Source: Octopus bimaculoides (lineage: Eukaryota). From it: 64,000 nt of DNA. Below the pieces are notes generated by a model, which was not told where the DNA came from, searched no databases, and worked only from the letters and a program-made list of their open reading frames with translations. The position numbers were made by a program, and so were the translations under genes. Of the stretch, positions 63,815-64,000 are shown in pieces; position 1 is the stretch's first letter, and every line of letters starts with the position of its first letter. The stretch lies in contig NC_068983.1 of NCBI RefSeq assembly GCF_001194135.2, positions 147,796,415-147,860,414 on the forward strand, in the 5' to 3' direction.

Positions 63815-64000
63815 TGAATCTAAGGCAACGAGTTGGCAAAATCGTTAGAAGACCAGACAAAATACTTAATGGCATTTTACTCGTCTTTACGTTCTCAGTT
63901 CAAATTCCGCCATGGTCGACTTTACCTTGTATCCTTTCGAGGTCGCTAAATTGAGTATTGGAGGCGATGTGATCTACTTGATTGATCCCCGAAATTGCTA
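63815..64000 (+). mobile_element. Family C SINE
   Basis: GGCAACGAGTTGGCAAAATCGTTAG...CAGTTCAAATTCCGCCATGGTCGACTTTACC. Confidence 0.8.

Noticed and set aside
58700-64000. Search for the upstream P450 exons (membrane anchor, PPGP, WxxxR)
   Set aside because: None found by eye; they probably lie beyond the window or in the 60403-61235 gap.

Overview
This is AT-rich, microsatellite-dense eukaryotic DNA from a draft assembly with 13 N-gaps. The SINE, LINE and microsatellite complement looks like an octopod cephalopod (probably Octopus; inference, not a database result). The only host gene I can support is the 3' two-thirds of a clan-2 (CYP2-like) cytochrome P450 on the minus strand. It has three exons, 58655-58360, 50504-50064 and 31843-31593, with canonical GT-AG sites and matching phases, and the I-helix, ExxR, PxRF and heme-Cys motifs are intact; I did not find its 5' exons. 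The rest is mostly transposon-derived: three Tx1/L1-like ORF2 relics, one probable ORF1 relic, several CR1/L2-like RT relics, an RTE RT fragment, two mariner relics, Penelope-like RT and GIY-YIG fragments, and at least three tRNA-derived SINE families. The main structures not shown by the ORF track are (i) several minimal hammerhead-ribozyme motifs of about three sequence families, one intact, TSD-flanked and in sense orientation in the last P450 intron, and (ii) a 3' tail shared by a SINE and the Tx1-like LINEs, with hints of tandem or targeted insertion. I found no clearly new multi-gene system. Transposon boundaries are approximate, about +/-20-50 nt, unless stated as exact.
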